Below are positions 51,496 through 64,000 of a DNA stretch of 64,000 nt, piece by piece; the stretch's first letter is position 1; each line of letters opens with the position of its first letter. The notes below the pieces were generated by a model that saw only the letters and a program-made list of their open reading frames with translations, was not told the origin of the DNA and did no database searches. Source of the DNA: Chrysomallon squamiferum (lineage: Eukaryota > Animalia > Mollusca); the NCBI GenBank assembly GCA_012295275.1, contig CM022665.1, positions 22,320,001-22,384,000 of the forward strand. The letters are read 5' to 3'. A program made the translations under genes and the position numbers.

Positions 51496-54400
51496 CGAAG
51501 AAAAAAAACAGAAGGAAAAGCAAGATGTATCAATATTTACAGATTAATCTAATACAAGTCATTGCCAGACATAATATCAGACATTTATTGAGTGATATTT
51601 AACGTTTTATTTAAATTGCAGAAAAACTAATGAAATTAAAAATAAATAAATAAAATAATGGTGTATGAGACAGAGAAACAAATGGTGACTTCTGACTAAC
51701 AAAGAAGAATTCTTTTTCTTTTTTAAATTTCTTTTCAAAACTACAAAGAGAAAACCCAAAGTCATGCTGCTGCAGAATTTTAAGGTAAAGCGATATTATG
51801 GCATATGAACCAATTAAATGATTTTATCATGTAAAGATTACAGATTTTTTCCAATATGAACAATATCAAATTGTTGGAACAAGCTTTGTCATAGTTCAGC
51901 TTCTATTTTCTAAAGAAGAGAAAGCCCCTGGATCCATGGAAAAAAAGAAAGAAAAGAAAAGCACATTCTGAGAATGCATAAATATTAATAAGGTAATTAT
52001 ACAGACAGCTATGCACTAACCGTATCAAAATGTATTTAATGAGATTCATTAAGAAGGGCTCAAAATGATAGAATCAAAGTGTCATCTCCAAACCTACATG
52101 AAGAAGACCAACTTCTAGCGAAATTCTGCAAAAAATGCTGCTAAACATAAAATAAAATAATAATTTAATTTTGTGTTAATATTTTATATACACAATTAGT
52201 TTCCTTTCTTTTTTCTTCATTTTTATATATATATATATATATGTAATTATTATTATTATAATTATTACAAAAACAAAAAACACTTTTTTTTTTTTTTTTT
52301 TTTTTTTAAATCTGTAGAAAAACAAAAACTGAAGAAATGTAACCATTTTCTCAAATACAGGTTACAGATCTTTTCTAAAAATGGACAGCTTCCAACTGTT
52401 GGAACAAGCTTGATCTTAGTTAAGCTTCTATTTACTAAACAAGAGAAAGGCACCCACCCCACCAAAAAATAAAGAGAAGAAAAAAACGAATGCCGACAGC
52501 AGTGTATCTCTAAATCTACATGAAGAAGACTAACTTTTAATCAAGTTCTGTGAAACATGCTGGTAAACATAAAATAATCATTTTCTTTCATGTTAATATT
52601 TTATATATACAATTAGTTTACTTTCTTTTTATTAATTTTATTTATATGTAATTATTATTATTATTAAAGAAAGAAAATAACCTAAAAATTCAGAAATGAT
52701 AGGAAAATATTCTGTCCACAGCTGATTGATACAAATTTGGCATCAGAGTTATTTGCAGAATTTTGATATGGATACGAGATGGTGTGTGCATTTTAGGGAG
52801 ATTTTACCAGTAGACTGTTACTCGGTCATGACAACACACACTAAGGATGTTAAAGTCAATTCTTTCTATTATCAACGCATTTTTTAAAGCAGATATACAG
52901 CGCATTAAATATTAACAAATTTGTGAGGCCTTTCAATGGAAAATTGGCTTATTAATATTTAAAAAACAATAATAATAATAATAAAATTTGAAAAAAAAAA
53001 CCAAAAACAAAATGCTGATAGCAACAATTACTTGAAGCAAACAACAAACATTTTCTTAAATGTCTGAAGGACAATCTTGTATGAAATGTAAGAAAAACAT
53101 ACATAGCTATATATATATATGTGAAGAAAAAAACGAAGGAAAAGCTAGATGTATCAATATTTACAGATTAATCTAATACAAGTCATTGCCAAAGACAACC
53201 TCTGAAATTTATTGAGTGATATTTAAAGTTTTATTTAAATTGCAGAAAAAACAACGAAATTAAAAATAAATAAATAAAACAATGGTGTATGAGACAGGGA
53301 AACAAATGGTGACTTGTGACTAACATAGAAGAATTTTTTTTTTTGTATTTTAAACTTTCTTTTGAAAATTACAGAGAGAAAACCCAAAGTCATGCTGCTG
53401 CAGAATTTTAAGGTAAAGAGATATTATGGCATATGGACCAATTAAATGATTTTATCAAGTAAAGATTACAGATTGTTTCCAATATGAACAATATCAAATT
53501 GTTGGAACAAGCTTGATCATAGTTCAGCTTCTATTTACTAAAGAGGAGAAAGCCCCAGGCCCCATGAAAAAATAATTTAAAAAATAGCAAGTTCTTACTG
53601 AGAATGCATCAATATTAAAAAGGTAATTATGCAGATAGCTATGCACTAACCATAACAAAATATATTTAATGAGATTCATCAAGAAGGGTTCAAAATTATA
53701 GAATCCAAGTGTTATCTCCAAACCTACACGAAAAAGACCAACTTCTAACAAAGGTCGGTGAAACATACTGCTAATGATAAAAATAATTTTCTTTTCTGTC
53801 AATATTTTATATATACAATTAGTTTACTTTCTTTTTCCTTCTTTTTATAAATTTTATTTAATATGTATGTAATTATTATTATTATTTTATTATTATTATT
53901 ATTATTATTACTACTACTATTAAAGAAAGAAAATATCCTAAAAAATCAGAATTGAAAGAACAATGTTCTCTATCCATAGCTAATTGATACAAATATTTTA
54001 AGAGAAAAACCTGCTGACTTTCCTGAGTGTACGAGATGATATGTGCATTTTAGGGACATTATACAGGCAAACTCTTACTTGATCATGATAACCCAGACTT
54101 AGGTTGTTAATGTCAACTCTTGGAATAAGAATTGGCTTACTAATAAAAAAGAATGAAGCAGCCAATCATTTACTCATACGGAAAAATACCTAAACAATCT
54201 TTTAAATTACAGGGTAAAAAAAAAAAGAAAAAAAAAAAAACAAAGAAACAAAGCATTCTGAGAATGCATAAATATTAATCAGGTAATTATGCAGACAGCT
54301 ATACACTAACCATAACAAAATGTATTTAATGAGATACATTAAAAGGGGGTTCAAAATGATAGAATCCAAGTGTCATCTTCAAACCTACACGAAAAACACT

Positions 54401-57400
54401 AACTTCTAACGAAATTCTGTGAAACATGCTGCTAAACATAAAATAAAATAATAATTTTCTTTTGTGTTAATATTTTATATATTCAGTTACTTTCCTTTCT
54501 TTTTTCTTCATTTAATATATATATATATATATGTAATTATTATTATTATAATTATTACAAAAACAAAAAACACTTTTTTTTTTTTTTTTAAATCTGTAGA
54601 AAAACAAAAACTGAAGAAATGTAACCATTTTCTCAAATACAGGTTACAGATCTTTTCTAAAAATGGACAGCTTCCAACTGTTGGAACAAGCTTGATCTTA
54701 GTTAAGCTTCTATTTACTAAACAAGAGAAAGGCACCCACCCCAACAAAAAAAAAAAATAAAAAATAAAGAGAAGAAAAAAACGAATGCCGACAGCAGTGT
54801 ATCTCTAAATCTACATGAAGAAGACTAACTTTTAATCAAGTTCTGTGAAACATGCTGGTAAACATAAAATAATCATTTTCTTTCATGTTAATATTTTATA
54901 TATACAATTAGTTTACTTTCTTTTTATTAATTTTATTTATATGTAATTATTATTATTATTAAAGAAAGAAAATAACCTAAAAATTCAGAAATGATAGGAA
55001 AATATTCTGTCCACAGCTGATTGATACAAATTTGGCATCAGAGTTATTTGCAGAATTTTGATATGGATACGAGATGGTGTGTGCATTTTAGGGAGATTTT
55101 ACCAGTAGACTGTTACTCGGTCATGACAACACACACTAAGGATGTTAAAGTCAATTCTTTCTATTATCAACGCATTTTTTAAAGCAGATATACAGCGCAT
55201 TAAATATTAACAAATTTGTGAGGCCTTTCAATGGAAAATTGGCTTATTAATATTTAAAAAACAATAATAATAATAATAAAATTAAAAAAAACCAAAAACA
55301 AAATGCTGATAGCAACAATTACTTGAAGCAAACAACAAACATTTTCTTAAATGTCTGAAGGACAATCTTGTATGAAATGTAAGAAAAACATACATAGCTA
55401 TATATATATATATGTGAAGAAAAAAACGAAGGAAAAGCTAGATGTATCAATATTTACAGATTAATCTAATACAAGTCATTGCCAAAGACAACCTCTGAAA
55501 TTTATTGAGTGATATTTAAAGTTTTATTTAAATTGCAGAAAAAACAACGAAATTAAAAATAAATAAATAAAACAATGGTGTATGAGACAGGGAAACAAAT
55601 GGTGACTTGTGACTAACATAGAAGAATTTTTGTTTTTGTATTTTAAACTTTCTTTTGAAAATTACAGAGAGAAAACCCAAAGTCATGCTGCTGCAGAATT
55701 TTAAGGTAAAGAGATATTATGGCATATGGACCAATTAAATGATTTTATCAAGTAAAGATTACAGATTGTTTCCAATATGAACAATATCAAATTGTTGGAA
55801 CAAGCTTGATCATAGTTCAGCTTCTATTTACTAAAGAGGAGAAAGCCCCAGGCCCCATGAAAAAATAATTTAAAAAATAGCAAGTTCTTACTGAGAATGC
55901 ATCAATATTAAAAAGGTAATTATGCAGATAGCTATGCACTAACCATAACAAAATATATTTAATGAGATTCATCAAGAAGGGTTCAAAATTATAGAATCCA
56001 AGTGTTATCTCCAAACCTACACGAAAAAGACCAACTTCTAACAAAGGTCGGTGAAACATACTGCTAATGATAAAAATAATTTTCTTTTCTGTCAATATTT
56101 TATATATACAATTAGTTTACTTTCTTTTTCCTTCTTTTTATAAATTTTATTTAATATGTATGTAATTATTATTATTATTTTATTATTATTATTATTATTA
56201 TTACTACTACTATTAAAGAAAGAAAATATCCTAAAAAATCAGAATTGAAAGAACAATGTTCTCTATCCATAGCTAATTGATACAAATATTTTAAGAGAAA
56301 AACCTGCTGACTTTCCTGAGTGTACGAGATGATATGTGCATTTTAGGGACATTATACAGGCAAACTCTTACTTGATCATGATAACCCAGACTTAGGTTGT
56401 TAATGTCAACTCTTGGAATAAGAATTGGCTTACTAATAAAAAAGAATGAAGCAGCCAATCATTTACTCATACGGAAAAATACCTAAACAATCTTTTAAAT
56501 TACAGGGGTAAAAAAAAAAAAAAAAAAAAAAAAACAAAGAAACAAAGCATTCTGAGAATGCATAAATATTAATAAGGTAATTATGCAGACAGCTATACAC
56601 TAACCATAACAAAATGTATTTAATGAGATACATTAAAAAGGGTTCAAAATGATAGAATCCAAGTGTCATCTTCAAACCTACACGAAAAACACTAACTTCT
56701 AACGAAATTCTGTGAAACATGCTGCTAAACATAAAATAAAATAATAATTTTCTTTTGTGTTAATATTTTATATATTCAGTTACTTTCCTTTCTTTTTTCT
56801 TCATTTAATATATATATATATATATGTAATTATTATTATTATAATTATTACAAAAACAAAAAAACTTTTTTTTTTTTTTTTTTTAAATCTGTAGAAAAAC
56901 AAAAACTGAAGAAATGTAACCATTTTCTCAAATACAGGTTACAGATCTTTTCTAAAAATGGACAGCTTCCAACTGTTGGAACAAGCTTGATCTTAGTTAA
57001 GCTTCTATTTACTAAACAAGAGAAAGGCACCCACCCCAACAAAAAAAAAACCAAAAAATAAAGAGAAGAAAAAAACGAATGCCGACAGCAGTGTATCTCT
57101 AAATCTACATGAAGAAGACTAACTTTTAATCAAGTTCTGTGAAACATGCTGGTAAACATAAAATAATCATTTTCTTTCATGTTAATATTTTATATATACA
57201 ATTAGTTTACTTTCTTTTTATTAATTTTATCTATATGTAATTATTATTATTATTAAAGAAAGAAAATAACCTAAAAATTCAGAAATGATAGGAAAATATT
57301 CTGTCCACAGCTGATTGATACAAATTTGGCATCAGAGTTATTTGCAGAATTTTATGGATACTGAGATGGTGTGTGCATTTTAGGGAGATTTTACCAGTAG

Positions 57401-60400
57401 ACTGTTACTTGGTCATGACAACACACACTAAGGATGTTAAAGTCAATTCTTTCTATTATCAACATATTTTTTAAAGCAGATATACAGCGCATTAAATATT
57501 AACAAATTTGTGAGGCCTTTCAATGGAAAATTGGCTTATTAATATTTAAAAAACAATAATAATAATAATAAAATTAAAAAAAACCAAAAACAAAATGCTG
57601 ATAGCAACAATTACTTGAAGCAAACAACAAACATTTTCTTAAATGTCTGAAGGACAATCTTGTATGAAATGTAAGAAAAAACATACATAGCTATATATAT
57701 ATATGTGAAGAAAAAAAGAAGGAAAAGCTAGATGTATCAATATTTACAGATTAATCTAATACAAGTCATTGCCAAAGACAACCTCTGAAATTTATTGAGT
57801 GATATTTAAAGTTTTATTTAAATTGCAGAAAAAACAACGAAATTAAAAATAAATAAATAAAACAATGGTGTATGAGACAGGGAAACAAATGGTGACTTGT
57901 GACTAACATAGAAGAATTTTTGTTTTTGTATTTTAAACTTTCTTTTGAAAATTACAGAGAGAAAACCCAAAGTCATGCTGCTGCAGAATTTTAAGGTAAA
58001 GAGATATTATGGCATATGGACCAATTAAATGATTTTATCAAGTAAAGATTACAGATTGTTTCCAATATGAACAATATCAAATTGTTGGAACAAGCTTGAT
58101 CATAGTTCAGCTTCTATTTACTAAAGAGGAGAAAGCCCCAGGCCCCATGAAAAAATAATTTAAAAAAAAATAGCAAGTTCTTACTGAGAATGCATCAATA
58201 TTAAAAAGGTAATTATGCAGATAGCTATGCACTAACCATAACAAAATATATTTAATGAGATTCATCAAGAAGGGTTCATAATTATAGAATCCAAGTGTTA
58301 TCTCCAAACCTACACGAAAAAGACCAACTTCTAACAAAGGTCGGTGAAACATACTGCTAATGATAAAAATAATTTTCTTTTCTGTCAATATTTTATATAT
58401 ACAATTAGTTTACTTTCTTTTTCCTTCTTTTTATAAATTTTATTTAATATGTATGTAATTATTATTATTATTTTATTATTATTATTATTATTATTACTAC
58501 TACTATTAAAGAAAGAAAATATCCTAAAAAATCAGAATTGAAAGAACAATGTTCTCTATCCATAGCTAATTGATACAAATATTTTAAGAGAAAAACCTGC
58601 TGACTTTCCTGAGTGTACGAGATGATATGTGCATTTTAGGGACATTATACAGGCAAACTCTTACTTGATCATGATAACCCAGACTTAGGTTGTTAATGTC
58701 AACTCTTGGAATAAGAATTGGCTTACTAATAAAAAAGAATGAAGCAGCCAATCATTTACTCATACGGAAAAATACCTAAACAATCTTTTAAATTACAGGG
58801 GTAAAAAAAAGAAATAAAAAAAAACAAAGAAACAAAGCATTCTGAGAATGCATAAATATTAATCAGGTAATTATGCAGACAGCTATACACTAACCATAAC
58901 AAAATGTATTTAATGAGATACATTAAAAAGGGTTCAAAATGATAGAATCCAAGTGTCATCTTCAAACCTACACGAAAAACACTAACTTCTAACGAAATTC
59001 TGTGAAACATGCTGCTAAACATAAAATAAAATAATAATTTTCTTTTGTGTTAATATTTTATATATTCAGTTACTTTCCTTTCTTTTTTCTTCATTTAATA
59101 TATATATATATATATGTAATTATTATTATTATAATTATTACAAAAACAAAAAACACTTTTTTTTTTTTTTTTTAAATCTGTAGAAAAACAAAAACTGAAG
59201 AAATGTAACCATTTTCTCAAATACAGGTTACAGATCTTTTCTAAAAATGGACAGCTTCCAACTGTTGGAACAAGCTTGATCTTAGTTAAGCTTCTATTTA
59301 CTAAACAAGAGAAAGGCACCCACCCCACAAAAAAAAAAAAAAAAAAAATAAAGAGAAGAAAAAAACGAATGCCGACAGCAGTGTATCTCTAAATCTACAT
59401 GAAGAAGACTAACTTTTAATCAAGTTCTGTGAAACATGCTGGTAAACATAAAATAATCATTTTCTTTCATGTTAATATTTTATATATACAATTAGTTTAC
59501 TTTCTTTTTATTAATTTTATCTATATGTAATTATTATTATTATTAAAGAAAGAAAATAACCTAAAAATTCAGAAATGATAGGAAAATATTCTGTCCACAG
59601 CTGATTGATACAAATTTGGCATCAGAGTTATTTGCAGAATTTTGATATGGATACGAGATGGTGTGTGCATTTTAGGGAGATTTTACCAGTAGACTGTTAC
59701 TTGGTCATGACAACACACACTAAGGATGTTAAAGTCAATTCTTTCTATTATCAACATATTTTTTAAAGCAGATATACAGCGCATTAAATATTAACAAATT
59801 TGTGAGGCCTTTTAATGGAAAATTGGCTTATTAATATTTAAAAAACAGTAATAATAATAATAATAAAAAAAAAAAAAAAAAAAAATAAAAAAAAATGCAG
59901 ATAGCAACAATTACTTGAAGCAAACATTTTCTTAAATGTCTGAAGGACAATCTTGTATGAAATGTAAGAAAAACATATATACATATATATATATGTGAAG
60001 AAAAAAACGAAGGAAAAGCTAGATGTATCAATATTTACAGATTAATCTAATACAAGTCATTGCCAGACATAATATCAGACATTTAATGAGTGATATTTAA
60101 CGTCTTATTTAAATTGCAGAAAAACTAATGAAATTGAAACTAAATAAATAAAACAATGGTGTATGAGACAGAGAAACAAGTGGTGACTTGTGACTAACAA
60201 AGAAAATTTTATTTTTTATTTTAAATTTCTTTTGAAAACTACAGAGAGAAAACCCAAAGTCATGCTGCTGCAGAATTTTAAGGTAAAGAGATATGGCATA
60301 TGGACCAATTAAACGATTTTATCATGTAAAGATTACAGATTGTTTCCAATATGAACAATATCATATTGTTGGAACAAACTTGATCATAGTTCAGCTTCTA

Positions 60401-61467
60401 TTTACTAAAGAAGAGAAAGCCCCTGGATCCATGGAAAAAAAGAAAGAAATGAAAAGCACATTCTGAGAACGCATAAATATTAATAAGGTAATTATGCAGA
60501 CAGCTATGCACTAACCATATCAAAATGTATTTAACGAGATTCATTAAGAAGGGCTCAAAATGATAGAATCCAAATGTTATCTCCAAACCTACATGAAGAA
60601 GACCAACTTGTAACGAAATTCTGCAACAAATGCTGCTAAACATCAAATAAAATAATAATTTTCTTTTGTGTTAATATTTTATATATACAATTAGTTTCCT
60701 TTCTTTTTTCTTCATTTAATATATATATATATATGTAATTATTATTATTATAATTATTACCAAAAACAATTAACACTTTTTTTTTTTTTTTATATCTGAA
60801 GAAAAACAAAAACTGAAGAAGTTTAACCATTTTATCAAATACAGGTTACAGATCTTTTCTAAAAATGGACAGCTTCCAATTATTGGAACAAGCTTGATCT
60901 TAGTTAAGCTTCTATTTACTAAACAAGAGAAAGGCACCCACCCCAACAAAAAAAAAAAAAAAAGAGAAGAAAAAAACGAATGCTGACAGCAGTGTTATCT
61001 CCAAACCTACATGAAGAAAACTAACTTTTAATCAAGTTCTGTGAAACATGCTGGTAAACATAAAATAATAATTTTCTTTCATGTTAATATTTTATATATA
61101 CAATTAGTTTACTTTCTTTTTATTAATTTTATTTATATGTAATTATTATTAAAGAAAGAAAATAACCTAAAAATTCAGAAATCATTGAAAAATATTCTGT
61201 CCACAGCTGATTGATACAAATTTGGCATCAGAGTTATTTGCAGAATTTTGATATGGATACGAGATGGTGTGTGCATTTTAGGGAGATTTTACCAGTAGAC
61301 TGTTACTTGGTCATAACAGCACACACTAAGGATGTTAAAGTCAATTCTTTCTATTATCAACGTATTTTTTAAAGCAGATATACAGCGCATTAAATATTAA
61401 CAAATTTGTGAGGCCTTTTAATGGAAAATTGGCTTATTAATATTTAAAAAACAGTAATAATAATAAT

Positions 61468-61504
<37 letters not shown>

Positions 61505-61586
61505 GATAGCAACAATTACTTGAAGCAAACAACAAATGTTTTCTTAAATGTCTGAAGGACAATCTTGTACGAAATTTAAGAAAAAG

Positions 61587-61622
<36 letters not shown>

Positions 61623-64000
61623 AAGAAAAATAAGAAGGAAAACCTAGATGTATCAATATATACAGATTAATCTAATACAAGTCATTGCCAGACATAATAT
61701 CACCCATTTATTTAAATTGCAGAAAAAAACAAAGAAACGAAAAATGAATAAATAAAACAATGGTGTATGAGAGAGAAACAAGTGGCAACTTCTGATTAAC
61801 AAAGAAGAATTTTTTTTTCTTTTTTAAATTTCTTTTGAAAACTACAGAGAAAACCCAAAGTCATGCTGCTGCAGAATTTTAAGGTAAAGAGATATTATGG
61901 CATATGGACCAATTAAACGATTTTATCATGTAAAGATTACAGATTGTTTCCAATATGAACAATATCAAATTGTGGGAACAAGCTTGATCATAGTTCAGCT
62001 TCTATTTACTAAAGAGGAGAAAGCCCCAGGCCCCATGAACCAATAATTTTAAAAATAGCATGTTCTTACTGAGAATGCATCAATATTAAAAAGTTAATTA
62101 TGCAGACAGCTATGCACTAACCATAACAAAATGTATTTAATGAGATTCATTAAGAAGGGTTCAAAATGATACCTCCAAACCTACACGAAAAAGATTAACT
62201 TCTAACAAAATTTAGTGAAACATGCTGCTAATGATAAAAATAATTTTCTTTTGTGTCAATACTTTATATATACAATTAGTTTACTTTCTTTTTCCTTCTT
62301 TTTATAAATTTTATTTAATATATATGTAATTATTATTGTTGTTATTAGTATTACTACTACTGTTAAAGAAAGAAAATATCCTAAAAAATCAGAAATGAAA
62401 GAACAATGTTCTCTATCCATAGCTGATTGATACAAATTTGGCATCAGAGTTATTTGCAGAATTTTGATATGGATACGAGATGGTGTGTGCATTTTAGGGA
62501 GATTTTACCAGTAGACTGTTACTTGGTCATAACAGCACACACTAAGGATGTTAAAGTCAATTCTTTCTATTATCAACGTATTTTTTAAAGCAGATATACA
62601 GCGCATTAAATATTAACAAACTTGTGAGGCCTTTTAATGGAAAATTGGCTTATTAATATTTGAAAAACAGTAATAATAATAATAATAAAATTAAAAAAAA
62701 TAATAATAAAAATTAAAAAAATGCAGATAGCAACAATTACTTGAAGCAAACAACAAACGTTTTCTTAAATGTCTGAAGGACAATCTTGTATGAAATTTAA
62801 GAAAAACATTATATATATATATATGTGTGTGTGTGTGAAGAAAAATAAGAAGGAAAACCTAGATGTATCAATATTCACAGATTAATCTAATACAAGTCAT
62901 TGCCAGACATTTATTGAGTGATATTTAACGTTTTATTTAAATTGCAGAAAAACTAATGAAATTAAAACTAAATAAATAAAACAATGGTGTATGAGACAGA
63001 GAAACAAATGGCGACTTGTGACTAACAAAGAAAATTTTATTTTTTATTTTAAATTTCTTTTGAAAACTACAGAGAGAAAACCCAAAGTCATGCTGCTGCA
63101 GAATTTTAAGGTAAAGAGATATTATGGCATATGGACCAATTAAACGATTTTATCATGTAAAGATTACAGATTGTTTCCAATATGAACAATATCAAATTGT
63201 TGGAACAAGCTTGGTCATAGTTCAGCTTCTATTTTCTAAAGAAGAGAAAGCCCCTGGATCCATGGAAAAAAAGAAAGAAAAGAAAAGCACATTCTGAGAA
63301 CGCATAAATATTAATAAGGTAATTATACAGACAGCTATGCACTAACCGTATCAAAATGTATTTAATGAGATTCATTAAGAAGGGCTCAAAATGATAGAAT
63401 CCAAGTGTCATCTCCAAACCTACATGAAAAAGACTAACTTCTAACAAAATTCTGTGAAACATGCTGCTAAACATAAAATAACATAATAATTTTCTTTTGT
63501 TAATATTTTATATATACAATTAGTTTCCTTTCTTTTTTCTTCATTTAATATATATATATATATGTAATTATTATTATTATAATTATTACGAAAAACAAAA
63601 AACTTTTTTCTTTTTTTTTAAATCCGAAGAAAAACAAAAACTGAAAAAATGTAACCATTTTAACAATCTTTTAAATTACAGGGGTAAAAAAAAGAAATAA
63701 AAAAAAAACAAAGAAACAAAGCATTCTGAGAATGCATAAATATTAATCAGGTAATTATGCAGACAGCTATACACTAACCATAACAAAATGTATTTAATGA
63801 GATACATTAAAAAGGGTTCAAAATGATAGAATCCAAGTGTCATCTTCAAACCTACACGAAAAACACTAACTTCTAACGAAATTCTGTGAAACATGCTGCT
63901 AAACATAAAATAAAATAATAATTTTCTTTTGTGTTAATATTTTATATATTCAGTTACTTTCCTTTCTTTTTTCTTCATTTAATATATATATATATATATG
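49850..64000. repeat. Modular macrosatellite (higher-order tandem array), continuing off the right edge
   Basis: The anchor AAATCTG(T/A)AG..AAACAAAAACTGAA recurs at 50677, 52308, 54590, 56885, 59174, 60792 and 63620 (spacings 1631, 2282, 2295, 2289, 1618, 2828). Identical ORF translations recur at about 2290-bp period. Confidence 0.96.

Noticed and set aside
52775-52860. Module D read with one frameshift gives DGVCILGDFTSR, reminiscent of the LINE APE endonuclease GDFN motif
   Set aside because: It needs an assumed frameshift, D' does not keep the motif, D versus D' differences are spread over codon positions (7/4/7 by hand) and no other LINE motifs were found
52265-59328. Repeated minus-strand ORF GWVPFSCLVNRSLTKIKLVPTVGSCPFLEKICNLYLRKW in module B
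   Set aside because: Starts are non-ATG, the ends run through homopolymers of variable length, and recurrence simply reflects near-identical copies
50677-64000. Array as a CRISPR-like repeat-spacer system or an rRNA/snRNA/histone gene cluster
   Set aside because: Sequences between the shared blocks are themselves repeated rather than unique spacers, and no recognisable RNA-gene or histone sequence is present

Overview
Very AT-rich animal genomic DNA with spliceosomal introns; an invertebrate, probably a lophotrochozoan/mollusc (inferred, not proven). Three spliced genes were reconstructed with phase-consistent GT-AG junctions: the mitochondrial 2-oxodicarboxylate carrier SLC25A21 (minus, 7 coding exons 373-7036, last exon off the left edge), mitoribosomal protein S12 (plus, 8419-9623, head-to-head with SLC25A21) and Smaug/SAMD4 (minus, 12 coding exons 18558-42226, about 670 aa, probably with a very long 3'UTR). 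Introns and flanks hold a decayed FLYWCH-MULE transposon, a decayed pogo-type transposase and a TA-flanked Tigger-like MITE. From about 49850 to the right edge lies a modular macrosatellite with 1.6, 2.3 and 2.8 kb higher-order units, visible recombination junctions and a quasi-palindrome perfected in two different ways. No clearly new biological system can be proven from sequence alone. The best leads are the macrosatellite, an in-frame re-splicing donor in Smaug exon 10, the spliced uORF and bidirectional promoter of MRPS12, and an unassigned spliced plus-strand transcript near 46 kb.
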